64,000 nucleotides of DNA from a bacterium. Its GTDB lineage: Bacteria > Cyanobacteriota > Vampirovibrionia > Gastranaerophilales > JBAXKC01. Below, piece after piece: positions 59,278 through 64,000 of this stretch (position 1 is its first letter; each line of letters starts with the position of its first letter). The stretch spans positions 26,976 to 90,975 of the forward strand of contig JBAXKC010000008.1 in the NCBI GenBank assembly GCA_037137535.1, in the 5' to 3' direction. The position numbers and the translations under genes were made by a program. The notes beneath the pieces are model-generated. The model was not told the origin of the DNA. It ran no database searches and saw nothing but the letters and a program-made list of their open reading frames with translations.

Positions 59278-60384
59278 ATGCTTCCAATTTTAGATTTAAA
59301 AAGACAATATCAAGCACTAGAACAAGAAATGGATGCAGCAATTAAAAATGCAGTTGTTTCAGGTTCATATATATTAGGACCAAATGTTAAAAAACTTGAA
59401 AAAGATTTTGCTGAATATTGCGGAACAGAAGCAGCTATTGGTGTAGCTAACGGTACTGATGCGCTTCATATCGCTTTAAGAGCCTTAAATATAGGCGATG
59501 GTGACGAAGTAATTACCGTTGCATTTACTTTCGTAGCTACAACCGAAGCAATCGGAATAGTTGGAGCTACTCCTGTTTTTGCTGACATTGATCCTAATAC
59601 TTACAATATTGATGTTTCTAAAATAGAAGAAAAAATTACTTCAAAAACAAAAGCTATTTTACCTGTTCACCTATATGGTCAACCTTGCGACATGGATCCG
59701 ATTATGGAATTAGCTAAAAAATATAATCTTTATGTTGTTGAAGACTGTGCTCAAGCTGTAGGTGCTGAATATAAAGGTAAAAAAGTCGGAAGTTTCGGCG
59801 ATTACGGATGCTTTAGCTTCTTCCCATCAAAAAACCTCGGTTGTTACGGTGATGGTGGTATGGTTACAGCTAGAAACGAAGAATTAGCTACCAGAGTAAG
59901 AACCTTAAGAGCTCACGGCGGAAGAATCAAGTATTATCACGATGAGTTAGGACTAAATAGCAGACTTGACGAAATTCAAGCAGCGATTTTAAATGTTAAA
60001 TTCCCTCATATTGATACTTGGAACGATGCAAGACGTGCAGTTGCTCACAGATATAACGAATTATTCGCAGATGTGGATGATGTTGTAACCCCTGTAGAAC
60101 TAGAAGCTACAAAATGCGTATATCACCAATATACGGTGAAAGTACCAAATAGAACAAAATTACAAGATGATTTAAAAGAAGCAGGAATTCAATCAATGAT
60201 TTATTATCCTGTTCCACTTCATCAGCAAAAGGTACATGCTCATTTACCTGCTTGCTCTTTACCTGAAACAGAGCAATGTACAGAAGTTGTTCTTTCCTTG
60301 CCAATATTCCCTGAATTAACACAGGAAGAACAAAATATGGTTGCAGATGCTATTAAAAAACTTCTTTGTAAAGTCGGAGTATAG
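59278..60384 (+). CDS. DegT/DnrJ/EryC1/StrS aminotransferase (WbpE/WlbC-like)
   Basis: NGTDAL, EDCAQA, SFFPSKNLGCYGDGG and NSRLDEIQAA. Confidence 0.9.
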   Translation: MLPILDLKRQYQALEQEMDAAIKNAVVSGSYILGPNVKKLEKDFAEYCGTEAAIGVANGTDALHIALRALNIGDGDEVITVAFTFVATTEAIGIVGATPVFADIDPNTYNIDVSKIEEKITSKTKAILPVHLYGQPCDMDPIMELAKKYNLYVVEDCAQAVGAEYKGKKVGSFGDYGCFSFFPSKNLGCYGDGGMVTARNEELATRVRTLRAHGGRIKYYHDELGLNSRLDEIQAAILNVKFPHIDTWNDARRAVAHRYNELFADVDDVVTPVELEATKCVYHQYTVKVPNRTKLQDDLKEAGIQSMIYYPVPLHQQKVHAHLPACSLPETEQCTEVVLSLPIFPELTQEEQNMVADAIKKLLCKVGV

Positions 60385-60389
60385 TCTAA

Positions 60390-61454
60390 ATGAAAATTAT
60401 TACAGTTGTTGGTGCTCGCCCTCAATTTATTAAGGCTGCACCAGTCAGTAGAGAACTAAGAAAACAACATACAGAAATTCTTGTTCATACAGGGCAGCAC
60501 TACGACTATAATATGTCAGATATCTTTTTTAATGAGCTGAATATTCCAAAACCTGATTATAACCTTGAAATAGGTTCAGGTGCGCATGGAAAGCAAACAG
60601 CTGAAATGCTAATAAAAATCGAAGAAGTTTTATTAAAAGAAAAACCTGATATTCTTTTAGTTTATGGTGATACAAACTCCACTTTAGCAGGTGCATTAGC
60701 AGCAGTTAAGTTACATATTCCAATTGCTCATGTTGAAGCAGGATTAAGAAGTTTTAATAGAATCATGCCTGAAGAAATTAATCGTGTAATGACGGATCAT
60801 ATTTCCAGTTATCTGTTTGCACCGACTGAAACTGCAATGATAAACCTAAAAAACGAAGGATTACTTGATAATTCATATAATGTCGGGGATGTTATGTACG
60901 ATGCAACTTTGTACAACATTAACATTGCAGAAGAAAAAAGTAATATTCTCAAAGATTTAGATTTAAAGATTAAAGAATATTGTCTAGCGACTGTGCATAG
61001 GGCTGAAAACACAGATACAAAAGAAAATCTTTCTAATATCATTACCGCATTAATTCAATCAGAAAAGAAAATTATTCTTCCAATTCATCCCAGAACGAGA
61101 AAGAAAATAACAGAGTTTGGACTGGATAATTTAATTAATTCTGCTGATAATATAGTTTTAATTGATCCTGTCGGTTATTTAGATATGATTGTACTTGAGA
61201 AAAATGCCGAAAAAATTGTAACAGATTCGGGTGGAGTGCAAAAAGAGGCTTATTTCATGAATGTTCCTTGCATAACAATGAGAACAGAAACAGAATGGGT
61301 TGAAACAGTTAATTCTCAATGGAATAAGATTGTTGGAACTAATAAAAAGTTAATAATTGATGCTCTTTACGATAATAATATTCCTAATGCTCATCCAGAC
61401 TTTTATGGTAATGGTAATTCAAGTAAAAAAATATCTGACTTATTGACTGTTTAA
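60390..61454 (+). CDS. Non-hydrolysing UDP-N-acetylhexosamine 2-epimerase (WbpI/WecB family)
   Basis: GARPQFIK, HTGQHYD, YGDTNST, HVEAGLRS and TDSGGVQKEA. Confidence 0.92.
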   Translation: MKIITVVGARPQFIKAAPVSRELRKQHTEILVHTGQHYDYNMSDIFFNELNIPKPDYNLEIGSGAHGKQTAEMLIKIEEVLLKEKPDILLVYGDTNSTLAGALAAVKLHIPIAHVEAGLRSFNRIMPEEINRVMTDHISSYLFAPTETAMINLKNEGLLDNSYNVGDVMYDATLYNINIAEEKSNILKDLDLKIKEYCLATVHRAENTDTKENLSNIITALIQSEKKIILPIHPRTRKKITEFGLDNLINSADNIVLIDPVGYLDMIVLEKNAEKIVTDSGGVQKEAYFMNVPCITMRTETEWVETVNSQWNKIVGTNKKLIIDALYDNNIPNAHPDFYGNGNSSKKISDLLTV

Positions 61455-61474
61455 TTACAGAGAATAATAATTCT

Positions 61475-61512
61475 ATAAAATGGGGATACTTACATAGTAT
61501 CCCTATTTTTAT
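61475..61512. terminator. Bidirectional terminator
   Basis: AAAATGGGGATACT/AGTATCCCTATTTT inverted repeat between convergent genes. Confidence 0.75.
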
Positions 61513-61525
61513 ATTTAAAAATTTA

Positions 61526-64000
61526 TTACTGTGAGTGCCATGCGGTAGTAATTATGTTCATTAAATCTGTATTACTCTTAACGTCATTGATAGTAGCAAA
61601 TGACTGACCATGTCCACTCGCAAATGCAGACATATTACCGATAATATTATTAATATCAGCCGCAGTTAAAGTTTGACCGCCAATATTAATATTTTCAATT
61701 TGATTAGATGCATTATTCCAATTACTTACAACAACTTGGTCGTTGTTTACGGTATTACCGTAATCAATAATAAGATTATTTGAACCGTCTTGATAGAAGG
61801 CAATTTTATTTTGGTCAACTGTTCCGTCAAACGAAAGTATGTCAGTACCGCCACCATCTTGAATATTATCAATCTGATCGCCTAAACTGAAGTTATAAGT
61901 ATCATTACCGCCTGCATCAATAATTGTGTCACTACCACCGAATGTAGTAAATGTATTATCACCCAAGTTACCTGTTATCACGTTATTTAAAATATTACCA
62001 ATACCTGATAAATTAGAACTGCCTGATAATGTAAGATTTTCAACATTTGCACCTAATGTATAACTAATTGATGAATAAATAGTATCAGTACCTTCAGCGG
62101 CATTTTCAGTAATAACATCACTTACATTATCAACATAATAACTATCATCACCTGCACCACCAATCATGGTGTCAGCACCTACACCGCCATCAATAGTATC
62201 ATTACCTATACCATAGAGTCCAATGTCATCATCTCCATTACCACCATAAACTATGTTATTACCATCATAATTAAATTCAATGTAATCATTTCCATCTCCT
62301 CCATAAATAGTATTATTTCCAAACCCATATAAATAAATAAGATCATTGCCCGATCCGCCATTTACAATATTAGTAGAATCATTCCAAACAACGAGCTTAT
62401 CATCACCTGCTTCTAAATCAATATTGTTAGTTGTAGATATACTTAAATAATTAATTTTTATATAATTATTTAGCTCATTACCCACAGCAATTATTGTGGA
62501 GTCAGTACCTCCAGCAATATATAAGTTCTCAATATTAGCTCCTAGTGTATAAGAAACAGTTGAATTAATTATATCAAAACCTTCATTTACATTTTCTATG
62601 ACAACATCACCAACATTATCAACATAATAAATATCATTACCATCAGCGCCAATCATGGTATCAGCACCAGCATCACCATTAATTAAATTATTGCCTGAAT
62701 TACCTGTTATTATATTATTTAGAGAATTGCCTGCCACTCTAATATTTGAAGAGCCATCCATTATTGCATTATCTGCATTCGCTACCAAAGTATAATAAGT
62801 AGCCGTAGGATATGAAGAAGATACATGGACTGTATCAGTACCTGCATTAGCATTTTCAGTTATCACATCGCCAATATTATCAACATAGTATGTATCATCA
62901 CCAGCACCACCAATCATAGTGTCAGCTCCGACTCCACCATCTATGACGTCATTACCTGCTCCACCTGTTAATATATTGCTACCTGCACCACCTGTTAAAG
63001 TAACAGCAGCAACTGGAATTAACGCATAAATATCTGCAAGTGTTAAAACAGAGTTATCTGCAAACTTAAAGTTCTCTATATTATTATTAGAGTTCAGATA
63101 ATTATTTGAAATAGTTACTCTATCAGAACCATTATTATTAAAGTTAATGACTAAATCATTTCCAGACTGACTGACAACTAAATTTGATTGAGTTATGCCT
63201 GCACCAAATATTAAAGTATCAGTTCCGGAAGTTTCACTTATAGTGTCTTGTCCACCACCTGCATTAAATACATAAGTATCATTACCTGCATCACCAGATA
63301 GTATATTATTACCTGTGTTACCAGTAATTGTGTTGTCAAGTGTATTTCCTGTTACGTTGAGGTTTGAGCTGCCTGTTAATGTTATATTTTCGACATTAGA
63401 TGATATCGTATAATCAACTGATGACATTATAGAATCAGTTCCTTCACCAGATAATTCATTTACTACATCGCCTGCATTATCAACAATATAGGTGTCATTA
63501 CCTTGATTGCCCCACATGTAATCTACATTGGCTCCGCCATCGATAGTGTTATTACCGTTAGTTCCCCAAAGCATATTAAAGGTTGCATTACCTGTCGCAA
63601 TATTAGCACTACCACTTAGTACAAGAAGGGCAAGATTAGCACCTAAAGTATAATCTACAGAAGAATATACAGTATTAGCGCCACCAGCATCAATAATTAC
63701 ATCACCAAGATTATCTACAAAATATGCATCATCGCCTGTTCCACCAATCATGGTATCAGCCCCAGCTCCACCATCAATTGTGTTATATCCGTATACTGTT
63801 GCAGTAATTATATTTGAAAGTGAGTTACCGACAGCTTTTCCATTTACGGATAATGTTAGATTGTCGACGTTAGCGGCTAATGTATAGTCTGTTGAAGAAT
63901 TAACGGTGTCTATTCCCTCATTAAGGTTTTCAGTTACAACATCGCCTGCATTATCAACATAATAAATATCATCACCTGCGCCACCAATCATGGTGTCAGC
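61526..64000 (-). CDS. RTX-type Ca-binding repeat protein (partial, begins beyond the window end)
   Basis: Many GGxGxDxL/Y nonapeptides, haemolysin-type Ca-binding-related segments (DLVINF...IENFKFAD) and a T1SS-like C-terminus. The frame is open to position 64000. Confidence 0.92.
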   Translation of the reverse strand, partial: ADTMIGGAGDDIYYVDNAGDVVTENLNEGIDTVNSSTDYTLAANVDNLTLSVNGKAVGNSLSNIITATVYGYNTIDGGAGADTMIGGTGDDAYFVDNLGDVIIDAGGANTVYSSVDYTLGANLALLVLSGSANIATGNATFNMLWGTNGNNTIDGGANVDYMWGNQGNDTYIVDNAGDVVNELSGEGTDSIMSSVDYTISSNVENITLTGSSNLNVTGNTLDNTITGNTGNNILSGDAGNDTYVFNAGGGQDTISETSGTDTLIFGAGITQSNLVVSQSGNDLVINFNNNGSDRVTISNNYLNSNNNIENFKFADNSVLTLADIYALIPVAAVTLTGGAGSNILTGGAGNDVIDGGVGADTMIGGAGDDTYYVDNIGDVITENANAGTDTVHVSSSYPTATYYTLVANADNAIMDGSSNIRVAGNSLNNIITGNSGNNLINGDAGADTMIGADGNDIYYVDNVGDVVIENVNEGFDIINSTVSYTLGANIENLYIAGGTDSTIIAVGNELNNYIKINYLSISTTNNIDLEAGDDKLVVWNDSTNIVNGGSGNDLIYLYGFGNNTIYGGDGNDYIEFNYDGNNIVYGGNGDDDIGLYGIGNDTIDGGVGADTMIGGAGDDSYYVDNVSDVITENAAEGTDTIYSSISYTLGANVENLTLSGSSNLSGIGNILNNVITGNLGDNTFTTFGGSDTIIDAGGNDTYNFSLGDQIDNIQDGGGTDILSFDGTVDQNKIAFYQDGSNNLIIDYGNTVNNDQVVVSNWNNASNQIENINIGGQTLTAADINNIIGNMSAFASGHGQSFATINDVKSNTDLMNIITTAWHSQ
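62100..64000 (-). repeat. Internal RTX module repeats (GADTMIGGAGDDxYYVDNxGDVITE)
   Basis: Near-identical DNA CCAATCAT(G/A)GT(G/A)TCAGC at about 62160, 62649, 62910, 63744 and 63984. Confidence 0.85.

Overview
AT-rich bacterial chromosomal window with about 60 CDSs. I could not recognise any rRNA, tRNA, CRISPR array or mobile element. Cyanobacteria-like housekeeping genes (Ycf45-type AAA/R3H protein, PDZ/DUF512 radical-SAM-like protein, fused TIGR03960/TIGR03936 radical SAM gene before rne) with no photosynthesis genes suggest a non-photosynthetic cyanobacterial relative (Melainabacteria/Vampirovibrionia); this is an inference. Layout: 1-18.8 kb is a surface-polysaccharide/LPS region (nonulosonate cytidylyltransferase, several methyltransferases, glycosyltransferases, GmhB fusion, msbA, rfbCBDA). 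19-55 kb mixes housekeeping and lineage-specific genes (tmk, GH13 amylase, speD, birA, lipoate ligase, frameshifted larC, cinA, heptosyltransferase, GGDEF/HD-GYP, typA, gatB, rne). 56.4-61.5 kb is a wbpA-B-D-E-I-like diacetamido-uronic acid operon. 61.5-64 kb is the 3' part of an RTX protein gene. Most interesting: (1) a ~450-nt non-coding leader upstream of a 95-aa coiled-coil gene, with 16 strand-specific GGA motifs and an ~80-90-nt periodic repeat whose three best units each carry an SD plus a mini-ORF starting M(T/D)I(C/Y)L; (2) a RelA/SpoT-synthetase-domain gene tightly paired with a small gene, a candidate toxin/immunity pair; (3) larC split at an A10 slippery run.
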